Part shown: positions 31,670-47,588 of the stretch, in pieces
Numbering within the stretch: the stretch's first letter is position 1
Layout: every line of letters starts with the position of its first letter
Notes under the pieces: model-generated
Told to the model about the DNA's origin: nothing
What the model saw: the letters and a program-made list of their open reading frames with translations, nothing else
Database searches by the model: none
From: the human T2T-CHM13v2.0 reference genome, Homo sapiens
NCBI GenBank assembly: GCA_009914755.4
Contig: CP068257.2
Span: forward strand, 31,584,001 to 31,648,000
Length of the DNA: 64,000 nucleotides
Direction: 5' to 3'
Position numbers and translations under genes: made by a program

Positions 31670-31908
31670 GTGAGTTTTATCTCTGTTTCTCCACTTCGTC
31701 CCCATCATCAAGATCTTTATTATTTGCTATTCCATGAAATAGGAGGTCTACAAAGGTGTTTTAGACCTGGGGCTGGGCTCACCTCTTGGCCCTGCCACTT
31801 CCTAGCTCTGTAACCGTGGACTGCTTTGCTTCTCTGAGCCTTGGTTTTCTAAATCTGAAAAGTGGAATGATAATTTGTACTTTGCAGATTTGCCCCGTGC
31901 CTGTATAA

Positions 31909-32340
<432 letters not shown>

Positions 32341-33016
32341 CCAGTGTTTTCTTAATACAGCAACTCCACCCCCTCATTATAACCCAATGTTCTTTTGTGT
32401 GTGAACATCAAGTGTGCATGCACCTAGTACCCAAAGCTCAGAGGAGAAGACTAGACCCCAAGAACAGGCCTACCCCTTCTTTCTTTCCCTGTGACTCAAG
32501 TCAGTTCCCTAACACACTGTGTTAACAGCCCCAGCTGTGTTACTTTTTCAATTTCCCACTTTACAACGAGTTTCCAAGAGAACCATCTGGTCTCAGCTTC
32601 CTGTTGTAGGCTATGCGGGTGTGCACGTGCTCATACATGATTAGCAAAGTGGTAAGGATAACTGAATCCCCCTGTGGCAAACAATTCGGATACGACATTT
32701 GCTGGATTTGTGTGCATGTTTACGTATGTGTATAAACAGACATCTGTGTGTACACACAGAAAAGAAAGAAAATCAGAATTTATAGTTCATGGTATTTGGG
32801 TTGTTAAAGAATGCATATTAAAGTAACAGTGAGATATGTTTCATGGCTCAAATGATAAATATGAAAAATACATAAATATCCAGGTTTAGAGGGAATACAA
32901 AGAGTGTGCTTTGGCATGGTCCATCTGAAGTAATTGGCAGCATGTATTAAAAACCTTAACATGTGCTTACTCTAATCCAGAATTCTTTAGTAATTTGTCC
33001 CAAAGAAATTATTAAG

Positions 33017-33150
33017 GCCAGGCACAGTGGCTCACACCTGTAATCCCAGCACTTTGGGAGGCCTAGACCAGTGTATCACTTGAGCTCAGGAGTTCAAGAC
33101 CAGCCCGAGCAACATGGGGAAACCCTATGTCTACATTAAAAAAGAAAGAG
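33017..33150 (+). mobile_element. Free left Alu monomer (FLAM/FRAM-like), followed by GA-rich simple repeats.
   Basis: ggccaggcacagtggctcacacctgtaatcccagcactttgggaggcctagaccagtgtatcacttgagctcaggagttcaagaccagcccgagcaacatgg... Confidence 0.8.
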
Positions 33151-33235
33151 AGAAAGAAAGAAAGTTAGGGGGGAGGGAGGGAGGGGGGGAGAGAGAGAGA
33201 GAGAAAGAGAAAAGAAAGAAAGAAATTATTAACGA
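33140..33235. repeat. GA-rich polypurine tract, (gaaa)/(ga)/(ggga) mix.
   Basis: agaaagagagaaagaaagaaag...gggagggagggagggggggagagagagagagaaagagaaaagaaagaaagaaa. Confidence 0.9.
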
Positions 33236-33438
33236 CAAATGCAAAAATTTAGTTCCAAGAATATCCCATGATACATTAAGTCTTTAATAAAAATCAGAGA
33301 CAATTTAAATGTTCAAAACAGTGAATCAGTTAAATCATGATACAGTCACTTAGTGGAATAGCATTAGCAATGAAAAATTATGATGTAAATCAGGACTTGG
33401 CAGATTTTCTATACAGGGCCAGAGAAGAACCACTTTAG

Positions 33439-33663
<225 letters not shown>

Positions 33664-33815
33664 TAGGATCAAAACAGTTCTGAGTGGGCAATCAATGCAC
33701 TTGACTGTCTCTTTTGAAAGGAAATTTGCAGTTGAACAATTAAAGCTAAAACGTCAGGCTTCAGTATGGTCCGACTTAGGGAAGAAGTCACTATGGTTCA
33801 TTCACTATTGATCTA

Positions 33816-34250
<435 letters not shown>

Positions 34251-35242
34251 TTATTTGAAAAGGAGAGTTTAGCTGAGCCACCCGTGAAAAGCATCTGTCG
34301 CTGCCTCTCTGGCCCTCACACACAGTAAGGAAGTGGCTTATCTGGCAGGTTCTGTCCTCTCCTAATTTCTGCAAAGGACCTGACTCTCAGTAACCTCAGG
34401 GTTATCTGGTATCAGACAGCCCTGCATCTTCAATTTTTGTTGTCCCTAGCCCTCCAAATGCTGGAATAAGTGGAAATGGACAAATTGCTCTCACCGGTGT
34501 AGCAGCAGCTTATGTCTGTAGAGCCCTTTGCCAAGTATAAAACCCTTGCAAGTGAGACCAGCCTGAGAGATAATCAGGGTAGATGCATTTCAGGCGGAGG
34601 GCACAGGAAGTTCAAAGGCTCTGAGGCTGGAGTGGGCCCGGTGTATTTCAGCAACAGCGAGGAGAGGTGGCTGAACTGGAGTGACCAGGCAGGAGATGAA
34701 GAGGAGGTGAGGTCAGAGGGTAAATGTGGCTGGACCTGGTAGGAGTTTGTGGGTCTGGGTCTTCTGAGTGTGATGGAAGCCTGTGGAACCCAAGGCTTAA
34801 CAGAGCATCCTGGCTGGGCTGTTAAAAATAGACCACAGGGGCAAAGATGGGAGTTAGGAGACCAACTAAGACACAATCCAGGGTGGCAGTCACTTAAGAG
34901 GCAGTAACAAATTATATGATTATTATCATTTTTCTTTTAATATCGACATGGATTATAATCAGTACTCTAGGAAAAGGAGCAAAAATGGGTGAAAAATAAG
35001 TTTATGTGGCCTAAGGACTATGTGGAATGTCATTAAATCTGTTTCAATCATGTCTCGTTTGTGTTCACCCCATAAGCAACTAACTCTATGTTTTAGATTA
35101 TGATTCCTAAAATAAGAGACTGTTGCTTATTAGGATATTGACTACTCTATAAGAGGAAAAACTGTAGTTAATAGGCATCTTCTTCATAAGGAAAATTAGC
35201 CTTTAAATCCAGAAAAAAAAATAAGCTACTAGTATAATCTAA

Positions 35243-35688
<446 letters not shown>

Positions 35689-36589
35689 TGATGAATGAAG
35701 CAGGTGAGGGTTAGATAGGGTTAGAGGGTTTGGGACATGTTAAATTCCAGGTGTCCGTAAGGAATCTAGGAGGAGACGTGGGGAAGGAGCTGGATGTGCC
35801 AGTCTGTTGTCCAGGAGAGAACCCGCAGCTAGAGAGAGAGCCTGGGAGTCACTGGCTTCTTGGTGCATGTTGAATGCCCTAAGACCAGATGAGGTCACCT
35901 GGGAATAGACACTCAGAGAGAAAACAAGACATCCAGTGACAGAGCCCAGGAACATTCCAAAATTTGGAGATCTGGCAAATGAGGAAGAAACAGCAAAATC
36001 GACTGAGAAAGAGCAACCAGCATGGTAGGGAGAGAAGCAGGTGAGAGTGATGTCCCGGTAGCTGAGAGAAGAACTTTCCAGAAGGTGAAAGTGGTCTACT
36101 GAGTCCAGTGCTGTAAATGGGACAATTGAAGAGGACTGACTATTGGATTTAGCAACATTGTGTCCTTGATAAAAGTAGTTTTAATAGAGTTAGGGGCAAA
36201 GAGCTGGTTGGAGTAGATTCAAGAAAGAGTGGGAGGAGAAAAATTGGAGACAGTGAAGAGAGCTCATTCTTCCAAGGAATTTTTCCAAACAGGGAAGGAG
36301 ATTGTGTGCTGGCCACTGGAGGGGAAGCTTTTAGTTTGTTGGGTCGTAAGTTTGTTTGTTTACTAACTCCTCCTCCCAAACAGAAATTTACAGAAAAACA
36401 TCATTACTGAAGGCTGTATTTGAGCTGCTAGGAATCCTCATTTATTAAACTGCTAGTAAGAATGTATTTTAAAAACTGTAAAACATGATACAAAAGTTAT
36501 TATTCATGAAAGAGCCTTCATATCATCTTTTAAATTCTGAAGTGAAATGCAACTACAGGAAAGAAGAGGCAAGGTGTTTAAAGGGAGAT

Positions 36590-36928
<339 letters not shown>

Positions 36929-37420
36929 ATTGATAAAGGGAGAAGATGAGAAACTAGACATCAGTCAGTTTTGTCACAGACAAGCTCTGTGACCTTGGAG
37001 AAGTTACTTAGCCACACTGAGCTACAGTTTTCTCATCCGTTGAATGGAGGTAATGCCTATTTTGCAGACTGTTTTGAAAGTCAAAAGGGTTAATGTTTAT
37101 GAAGGCACTTTCTCAAGTGTAAAGTAGACACACACTGTCCATGAGAGAAGATAATCTTGTAAAAATGACGTCACAGAGACTTTTATTCCTCTTTGAAGAC
37201 TTTTATCTCATTTGTAAAATGAAGGCGCTAGACTAGATGTCATGGTTATAAAATATGTGTGTGTGCAGGTGTATATTAAAAGTGCATGTAGGTGTAGTTT
37301 TCTGATAAATTACTTGCTCCAGATGACTTATAAATCCTTTTTCTTACCAAGCCTGTGATAAATCTAACCCTGTTTGAGATTTGAAGACAAATCCCAAAAG
37401 AGATTAAGGCCTGCCTCTAA

Positions 37421-37696
<276 letters not shown>

Positions 37697-38394
37697 TAAA
37701 GAAAAGAATCTGAAAAGAATTCATGGAGCACTAAAGGTCTTTCTTCCAGTAAACACCTCACAGAGATGTTTTCTGTTGGTTCGTGTGTATGATCTGGTAG
37801 AGTCACTTTTATATTGTCATACCAAAAAACAATCAGATACTACTCGATGAGATCAGAAATCTTGAAATGGAAACGCTTTTGTTTCAGGGAGTCAGGATTA
37901 AATTCAGCACTGTGTGCCCTTTGTGTGGCCATTGCTGAAGCCAAATGCCAGAAGAGGTGGAGTTGCTTGAGACAGTGGTATACAGTGGCATTAAGGGGTG
38001 AAAAGGTGGAAGCAGCGAGGTTGGGTGCAGTTCATGGATGTGATCTGGCATCAGCTCTCGCTCATAGATGAAAGGAACCCTTGCCAGGGTGTACGAGAAA
38101 ATCACTGATGAAGGCTGAACACCTTTCTGTTACACAGACATCAGAACAATAAACAGTGTGATCCCAAACCTTCTTCCCCTTTGGAGTGAGAACAATCAAG
38201 CCTCGGAACTCCCTGCTGATTGTTTTCTCAGGAAGTAGCCAAGTTTCCACCTGTTTTACCAAAAGTGAGAAGCTATGCAAGTCTCCCTCAAAGAAGCCCT
38301 TCTAAATGTCCCAACCGCAGTGTTAGGGGAAAGAGGTCCCAATCCATACCCCAAGAGAGGGTTCTTGGATCTTGCGCAAGAAAGAATTCAGAGC

Positions 38395-38840
38395 GAGTCC
38401 GTAAAGTGAAAGCAAGTTTATTAGGAAAGTAAAGGAGTAAAGAATGACTACTCTATAGACAGAGCAGCCCCGAGGGCTGCTGGTTGCCCATTTTTATGAT
38501 TATTTCTTGATGATATGCTAAACAAGGGGTGGATTATTCATGCCTCCCCTTTTTAGACCATGTAGGGTAACTTCCTCACATTGCCATGGCATTTGTAAAC
38601 TCATGGTGCTGGTGAGAGTGTGGCAGTGAGGACGACCATCTTGGTTTTGGTGGGTTTTGGCCGGCTTTACTGCCATCTGTTTTATCAGCAAGGTCTTTAC
38701 CAACGGTATCTTGTGCCAACCCCCTATCTCATCCTGTAAGTTACAATGCCTAGACTGTCTGGGAATGCAGCCCAGTAGGTCCCAGCCCCATTTTACCCAG
38801 CTCAAGATGGAGTTGCTCTGGCTCAAATGCCTCTGACACC
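38395..38840. repeat. ERV LTR-like repeat, copy B (same family and orientation as 19600-20130).
   Basis: See copy A; about 85% identity by eye. Confidence 0.45.
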
Positions 38841-41800
38841 AATGGAAGTATCTTTAATGTTCTGATTTACCAGAATAAAAATAAGGTAGGATCTATAAAG
38901 AAATTACTTTAGTTGTAAACCAAAATAAAATTCTAAGCCCCCCAACCAACTGAATGGATCCCTCCTCTCAGCCAAGGGCCGAGTAAAGTAAAGTAAACCT
39001 GAAACACTAGTTCAGGCCATGATGGGAGTGAGTGGTCCAGACGTGCCTCACGGGACCTTCCTACCTTTGGAATTCAGGCACAGCTGGCCAGCACTAATAT
39101 TAAAACAGAAACCTTAAGACTGACAAAAAGATGCTTTGTAGCACTAATACCAGCATGATGGATAGCAGGCCCTAAAAGAAACCAAAGTGTTTTACCCCAA
39201 AATACATTTCTTTGACATATTTTGAAATGGCCCTGCAAAGCTGTCTCTTGCAGGGAAAATCTGCTTTCTATAAAGAACCCCCTTCCCAGTCCAGGTGTTC
39301 TTCCTGATCCAAGAGAGAATTCACTAAGAGTCTGGCACTTTTTTAAGTCCGGTAAGAAACATTTACAGTCTGTTCTCTCTGAAGCCTGCTACCAGAGGCT
39401 TCATCTGCGTAATAGGAACCGTGGCCTCCGCAACCCTTTGTCTTAACCCAGATGCTTCCTTTTATTAATTCCAAGTTTTTAATCAGAAAATCTTTGAATC
39501 TACCTATGACCTGGAAGCCCCCGCACTTCGAATTGTCCCACCTTTCCAGATTGAACCAGTGTACATCTTACATGCATTGATTGATGCCTTATGTCTCCCT
39601 AAAATGTATAAAACCAAGCTGCACCCTGACCAAGGGTTCTCGGGATCTCCTGGGGCTGTGTCATGGGCCATTGGTCACTCATATTTGACTCAGACTGAAT
39701 CTCTTCAAGTATGTTACTGACTTTGGCTCTTTTCATTGACAAAGTGATATGGTCACTTGTGAATGAAGTGAGCCACGGAACGTTGCCTGGCACATAACGG
39801 TGCTCTGTGTTGGCTTCACTACAGGGCAATATGATTTGATTCTCTAGTGTTCCTCAAGACCAGATGATGCACAGGCTGGTTCTAAAGGAAAAAACATGTC
39901 AAACACCTTTAGCGTAAGTTATTTTTATGTCAGCAAATACAGGCAAACTTAAAACTGCATATAGATTCTGACTATAGCTCTTTCAAAAATATAAATCCAA
40001 AATAAATGTGCATGTCTTTGTTCTAACACCAGCTATCTGACACTAACTAGTTGTCCAATGATTCCATTCATTTCTGATACTACCCCAGGTTAGCACAGAC
40101 CCCACAGGTTAAAGGCTCAGTCCCACAAAACTGCCTGCCCCCACTTCAGATGCCAGCCACAAGTCATGGGTGACAAGGTTCCCTGCACTTCCACCTGACT
40201 TGGCTACAAATTCAGGAGTTCCCATGACCTCCCTTTAGGTTTGATAATTTGCTAAAATGACTCACAGAACTCAGGAAAGTGTTATGGCTTATGATTACCA
40301 TTTTATTATAAAGGAATTGATGGACAGCCATTGAAGAGGTGCACAGGACAAGGTCTGAAAGGGTCCCAAGTGCAGGAGCTTCTGTCCCTGGGGAGTCAGG
40401 GTGTACCACCCTCTCTGTACATTCATCTGTTCATGAATTTGGGGACTCCCCAACCCTTGGTGTTCACAGTTTGTATTGGGTTTCATTATGTATGTGTGAT
40501 TGATTAAATTACTGGCTGCAGGATTGAACTCAGTCTCCAGCCCACTCCCCTCCTTGGATAGAGGTCAAATGGGGGAGCTGGAAGTTCCAACCGTCTGATC
40601 ATGTGGTTAGTTTTTCTAGGGACCAGCCCTCATCCTGAAGCTATCCACACCCTGCCCCATCACCTCACAAGCATAAACTCATATGTGGCCCCTAAAAGAG
40701 GCTTGTTAACAAAAGACACTCCTAACGTTCAGGAAATTCCACAGGTTTTTGAAGCTCTGCTCCAGGAACTAGGGACAAAGACTGGATATATATGTATATT
40801 TTATTATATCATTGATCTTACATACAAACGAAACTCTTATAGACAATAAAAACTGAAATTAGTGACCTGGCAGACAGATGGTGGTTTATTGAAACTCAGT
40901 CCCCAGTTCCAAGGTGAATGTGTTGCTGATGAGAAGGCACAAGCTCCTTGGAGGTTGATGAATTCTGTGATGACTCACTTTCTCCCCTGACTCTTTTCCA
41001 TTTCACCTACTAAGATGTTCATGTAACAACATCCTCTCAGGTCATTCCATTTTTACTTGGCGTGAATGCGTCATGTTGCACATCAAGTCAGCCCTCATTC
41101 TTTGATTATTACCCGAGATAGGTCAAGTACCGCTCTCTTTAATTATCCAAATACTGTACCTGATGTCAAATTCTTGTTTGAAACTCAGGAAGCAAATAGG
41201 TTCAGATAACGTGGCCTCTGTCACTATCTGCTTGCCATCTGACGTGCCCTCAACCAGCCAAACTCAGAAACCAGACAGGTTTGGATGGTGAGGGGTCTTG
41301 GAAGGATAGCCTGAGACCAGCATTAACATAGGCTCAGCAGTAAGCACTGTGACCCAATCCTAGGGCAGACTGATATGGGGGGATTTTAGCCCAGACATCT
41401 GGAGAAACACCTTCCCCTTGTCAAGCCTTAAAACTAATGGTTTGTCTCTTTTATTAATATTAAGGCCCTAAGGAAAAGCTCTATTCATTCATTTGACAAA
41501 TGTTTATTGGGGGCCTGTTATGAGCCAGATTCTTTTCTGGATATTGAGGATTTAGCAGTGAACAAAACAGATTAAAAACTTCTCACCTTGTGGAGCTTAC
41601 ATTGCAGTAGGAGACAGAATAACAAGATCAACATGTAAAATAGACAGTATGTTAAGTAAGTACCATGGAAAGAAATTATGCGGGAAAGGAGGTGAGGGGG
41701 ATGTCAGGTTGAGGAGAGCAGGTTGCTGTTTTTAATAGGATAGTGTCTTGATTTGCATTTGCTAGAAGCAGAGCCTGGGATGTGAATTCATATTCAAGTG

Positions 41801-42039
41801 TGATTTATTGGTGGGGGCATCTTAGGAGAAGGGGAAAGAGGGAACAGGTAGGTACAGGGAGAGAGAAATTAAGCAGGCATGTGGCTCTCAGCTGAGCCTG
41901 ATCCCAAGGGGTTCTCGGAAGCGTGAACTGTATCCTCAAGTCAGCAGCCAGTCAGTTACTGGTGGTGATCTATGGCATGGCCTCCAGATGAGGCAGCCCC
42001 CTTTTGGGCAAGGGCAGTTCCTTATGTGTCCGGAGTTGG

Positions 42040-42560
42040 TTCCTGCCAATGGGTTCGTGGTCTCGCTGACTTCAAGAATGGAGCCGCAGACCTTCCTGGT
42101 GAGCGTTAACAGCTCTTAAAGATGGCACAGACCCAAAGAGTGAGCAGTAGCATGGTTTATTGTGAAGAGCGAAAGGACAAAGCTTTCACACCCTGGAAGG
42201 GGACCTGAGCGGGTTGCCACTGCTGGCTGGAGGTGGCCAGCTTTTATTCCCTTATTGTCCCTTCCCGTGTTCGTTTCTGTCCTATCAGAGTGCCCTTTTT
42301 TCAGTCCTCCTCGTGATTGGCTACTTTTAGGATCCTGCTGATTGGTGCATTTTACAGAGCGCTGATTGGTGCGTTTTAGAGTGCTGATTGGTGCGTTTTA
42401 CAGAATGCTGACTTGTGCATTTTACAATCCTCTTGTGAGACAGGAAAGTCCCTGATTGGTGCGTTTTACAATCCTCTTGTAAGACAAGAAAGTTCCCTAA
42501 GTCCTCACTCCACCCAGGAAGTCCAGCTGGCCTCACCTTTCACTTAGAGAAGGATCAGCT
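42040..42560. repeat. ERV9-type LTR (LTR12-family) fragment, including tandem CCAAT-box U3 repeats (gctgattggtgcgttttaca..., at least 5 copies at about 42330-42500).
   Basis: The unit ctgattggtgc(a/g)ttttaca(g/a) recurs repeatedly, followed by ...tcctcttgtgagacaggaaagtccc...tcctcactccacccaggaagtccagctggcctcacc. It is preceded by ggttcgtggtctcgctgacttcaagaatggagccgcagacc...gagcagtagcatggtttattgtgaagagcgaaagg. This architecture is typical of the ERV9 LTR U3 enhancer. Confidence 0.5.
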
Positions 42561-42823
42561 CTGAGAGATATCAGCAGACACGTGCGGCAGCAGTAGTGGG
42601 TGTGCACTGACTGGAAAAGGGGACATGGGCAGGCCACCCACAGCATCCACCACAGATGGCCACAGATGGCCTTCCTGAGAAGGTAGCATTTGAATAAAGA
42701 CCCAAGGGAGATGCGGTAAGCAGAATAATGGCCCCCAAAGATGTCTACATCCTAATCCCAGATATGTGAACAGGCTAACCTCTATGCCAAAGGGGCTTGT
42801 GGGTGTGATGAAATTGAAGATCT

Positions 42824-43220
<397 letters not shown>

Positions 43221-45398
43221 CTAGAAGCTGGGAAAGGCAAAGAAATGGGTTTTCCCCTAGAGCCTCCATAAGGAGTTCAGTCCTGCCAACATCTTGATAT
43301 TTTTTATCCCAGTGAAACCCATTTTGGATTTCTGATCTCCAGAACTATTAATATAATATATTTATATTGTTTTATGACACTAACTTTGCATCATTTGTTA
43401 CGGTGGCAATGGGAAACAAACACAAGGTGAGGGAGTGAGTCACGCAAACCTATCAGGGGAAGGAGTTCCATATGCGGGGTTCAGCAAGTGCCAAGTGCCC
43501 GAGGCAGGATATGCCTGGCACGGCACGGCAGGAGTGAACTGAACAAGGGAAGAATAGTAACAGTTCTGGTCAGAAAAGATGGAGGAGCCTGAATGACATA
43601 GAACTTAGAAGCCGTTGCAAGAGATGGGGGCCCTCAGAGGGTTGTGAGCAGGTTGCTCTCCGTGATCTGACGTGGGATGTAAAGGGAACATCCATCCACA
43701 TGCCTTGAAGTGGGAGCCAGGTGACCCCTGGGCTGATTACTGCAGTCACCCAGGGGAGAGGCGGTCTTACTTGTTCCAGAGAGGTAAGTACGGGAGGAAC
43801 TATAAGAGACTGATGTTAGTCATCGCCAGTCTTTTCATAAAGTTCTTTATCTTTTCCATTAAAGATCATTGTGATCAGATATTACCAACCCCGTTGCTCA
43901 GTTCAGCCCTCTGCTTGTGAGGTTTCTTATTTTTTGCTTAAAATATCTCCACAGTGAATCCAGAGACAGACAGGTTTGTCCAAGGCCAAATTTTTAAGAC
44001 ACGACCTGGTCTCTCCTTCCCAAGATGGGTTGATCTGGTCCATCTTTCATGAAGAAGATAGTTAACAGCAGTAACATTCAATCACAGCTTCTCCTTTCTG
44101 AGTCAGAACATTGATGGGATTCATCTCTTTTCAAATATGAATATTTAAAAATAGCATGCATGTATAATTGTCATGACCCCAAGTGAGATTTCTATTTTTT
44201 AGATTATCATCAAGCTGAAAACAAACAAAAATTCTAAGTTCTCCTAAAGAATTCTCAGACTCATGAGAATACCCCAAATTGAGGAATATTATCCTAGCAT
44301 ATTAACTACAATTTACACAATTTGGTTTGGACATAGAGTGCATTGTAGCTGTTATATGCAAGTTGGATGGGTACATGAGTCACAATCTCTGTATTATGCC
44401 ATTCCTTCACCAGTGAAATCACTTTGGTTTACAGTACCCCTTTCAAGAATGTAAACGCTATACATGTCAGAATTTTGTATCCTAAAGGCGTGCCTCTGTG
44501 GCTAGATCTGATTCTGGAACTGTCATTGATATGACAATCCAATCCTTCACACTCTTGATGGAGGTGAGAGTGGATTCTTGAACCCTGTGCTATCTAACAG
44601 TGTTTTTACTGAACTATCAAGGGTTTTTACTGAACTTCTTTCTATTCATTCCTTAACCTTCTGGAAGACTTAGAGTACATAATCCATTTGATTTCCTTTT
44701 TTCTCCCCTCTATCTATTTTTGCCTGAGGCTATAGTTCGAGGATTAATACTAATGAAGACCTTTCTGGAAGTGCAAGAGAGCCTTAGTGATATAACTACT
44801 GATTTTTCAGTCCGGTCGCACTTCAGGAAAATAACTATGGTCAGTCAAAAAGCTGAAATTTTCCAAAAGGAATTTTGATGAGAAACTAAGGGGAACTGTT
44901 AATAGAGCAAGGCAGGTTCTGCAGAGCCCTGACTTGTGGCCCCAGCGTGGCTAAAGTCCAGCCTCAGAATGACCCAGTTGGTTGTTTTCAAGCAAACTTT
45001 CCTTCCCCACTTCTTCCTGCCCGCAGCGCATGCTAACCAGTGTGGCTACCGAACGTTTGAGATGTGTTTCATGTGACTGAGAGACCGAGCTCTTAATTCT
45101 GTTTAATTTTAATCATTTAAATTCAGCCAGCTGCAGCCAGTGGCTACTCCACTGTACAGTGCAGTTATAGAACATAAACTGAAGGAAATTTTACTTTTAA
45201 AAGCTAAGTCTATTTTATTGTTTAAAAAATGCACACTTAGATAATTCTCCAGTCTCTGGTATTTCTCAATATAAAACTGTTTTTTCAAACCTTTGGTTTC
45301 TTGATCATCTTGTAACACCAGGCCAATGTACATTTATTTCCATCTGCAATTGTTTATTGCATTTTTTGAAATAAAGTCATTTAATTTTTCATCAACAG

Positions 45399-45529
45399 AA
45401 TCAGCAGAATCTGCCAAAATAGGAGGAATAATTACTGTGTTTTTGATAGCATTGGTCTTGACAAGCACCATAGTGACACTGAAATGGATTGGTTATATAT
45501 GCTTAAGAAATAGCCTCCCCAAAGTCTTG
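45399..45529 (+). CDS. IFNAR2: IFNAR2 exon 8 (transmembrane exon), encoding (E)[43 protein letters not shown].
   Basis: The translation matches exactly. An acceptor cag sits at 45396-45398 and a donor GTAGGT at 45530. The hydrophobic TM helix is evident in the translation. Confidence 0.92.
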
Positions 45530-45834
45530 GTAGGTAGTTTTTTTGTTTTGTTTTGTTTTTTCTATCTTTGTTTTTTATTTTAACTTAAGAATTTGTATTT
45601 ATATAAATATTTTCACAGAAGAAAATCTCATTTTCTATAAACACCAAAATGCTTTCTCACTCTGAGTTCTTTTCCATATCTATAAATGTATATTTTGCAG
45701 GGTTTTTGTTTTGTTTTTGTTTTTATTATACTTTTAAGTTTTAGGGTACATGTGCACAGTGTGCAGGTTAGTTACATATATATACATGTGCAGTTGTAAG
45801 TGTATCTGTGCATTTTATGTTTTCTTTCCTTTTT

Positions 45835-46175
<341 letters not shown>

Positions 46176-46390
46176 TAATGATCAGGTAGAATTTCATTAT
46201 TATTAACATACCATTTTTCATTTAACCATTTCTCAGCTAAAGGGCATTTGGATTTCTTTTCCTTTTCTTTTCTTTGGTGATGATGAATAGTACAATAAAC
46301 ATTTTTATATGGATCGTCTTTTTGTTTTGGATTATGTCAGTGGAACATATACACAAAGTGGATTTATCCTATAAAAAGATTTAAAAAGGA

Positions 46391-46689
<299 letters not shown>

Positions 46690-46881
46690 TTAAAAATATA
46701 AAGAAGCAGCCAAAGGAGAGGAAGTTAAGAGGAGTAAGTCAGAACATAGTCTATGTGGCCAGCAGCCTGCCTGGTTTGAAAGGCAGCTGCTCCCACTCAC
46801 TAGTCACAAACCTTGAGCAAGTTTCTTAACTTCTGCACCTCATTTTCTCATCTGTAAAGTGGGCATAAGAATAGTAAGCCT

Positions 46882-47181
46882 GGCCAGGCGCGGTGGCCAC
46901 GCCTATAAACCCAGCACTTCGGGAGGCCAAGGCAGGTAGATCACGAGGTCGGGAGTTCAAGACCAGCCTGGCCAACATGGTGAAACCCCTTCTCTACTAA
47001 AAATACAAAAATTTGCCGGGCATAGTGGCGGGCGCCTGTAATCCCAGCTACTCAGGAGGCTGAGGCAGAGAATTGCTTGAACCTGGGAGGTGGAGGTTGC
47101 AGTGAGCCAAGACCGCACTACTGCACTCCAGCCTGGGCAACAGAGCGAGACTCCCGTCTCAAAAAAAAAAAAAAAAAAAAT
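46882..47181 (+). mobile_element. Alu (sense). TSD aatagtaagc.
   Basis: ggccaggcgcggtggccacgcctataaacccagcacttcgggaggccaaggcaggtagatcacgaggtcggg..., with a poly-A tail. Duplicated flanks aatagtaagc. Confidence 0.9.
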
Positions 47182-47339
47182 AGTAAGCATACCTCATAGA
47201 GCAGTTGCAAGGGAAAGGTAAATTATATATAAAGCACCAAGAGTCATGCCCAGCATATAGTAAGCATGGTGTAACTGTTAGCTGTTATTATTGCTGTTAT
47301 CATCATCAACTGCATCATCATTCAATCTCATTAAGTTTA

Positions 47340-47515
47340 TTTTTTATTTTTTTAGAGGCAAGGTCTCACTAAGGGCTGGAATGCAGTGGCTATTCACAGG
47401 TGCAGTCATAATGCACTACAGTCTGAAACTCCTGAGCTCAAACAGTCGTCCTGCCTAAGCTTCCCCAGTAGCTGGGATTACAAGCGTGCATCCCTGTGCC
47501 CCAGTGATTAAGTTT
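47340..47515 (-). mobile_element. Partial Alu (antisense right arm), co-opted as the IFNAR2b terminal exon.
   Basis: ttttatttttttagaggcaaggtctcactaagggctggaatgcagtggctattcacaggtgcagtcataatgcactacagtctgaaactcctgagctcaaacagtcgtcctgcctaagcttccccagtagctgggattacaagcgtgcatcc. Confidence 0.85.
47356..47511 (+). CDS. IFNAR2: Alternative terminal coding exon of the short isoform IFNAR2b. It encodes [51 protein letters not shown] plus a TAA stop, and derives from an antisense Alu right arm.
   Basis: An acceptor ttttag sits at 47350-47355. The exon is in frame with the phase-0 end of exon 8. The translation matches the recalled IFNAR2b-specific C-terminus. The underlying sequence is recognisably a minus-strand Alu fragment. 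Confidence 0.75.
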   Translation, partial: RQGLTKGWNAVAIHRCSHNALQSETPELKQSSCLSFPSSWDYKRASLCPSD

Positions 47516-47588
47516 TATTATGTAGAAAATAAAGAGCAAACAGTTACAGCTGATATGGACTCTCTCTCTCTTTTTTTTTTTTTTTAAG

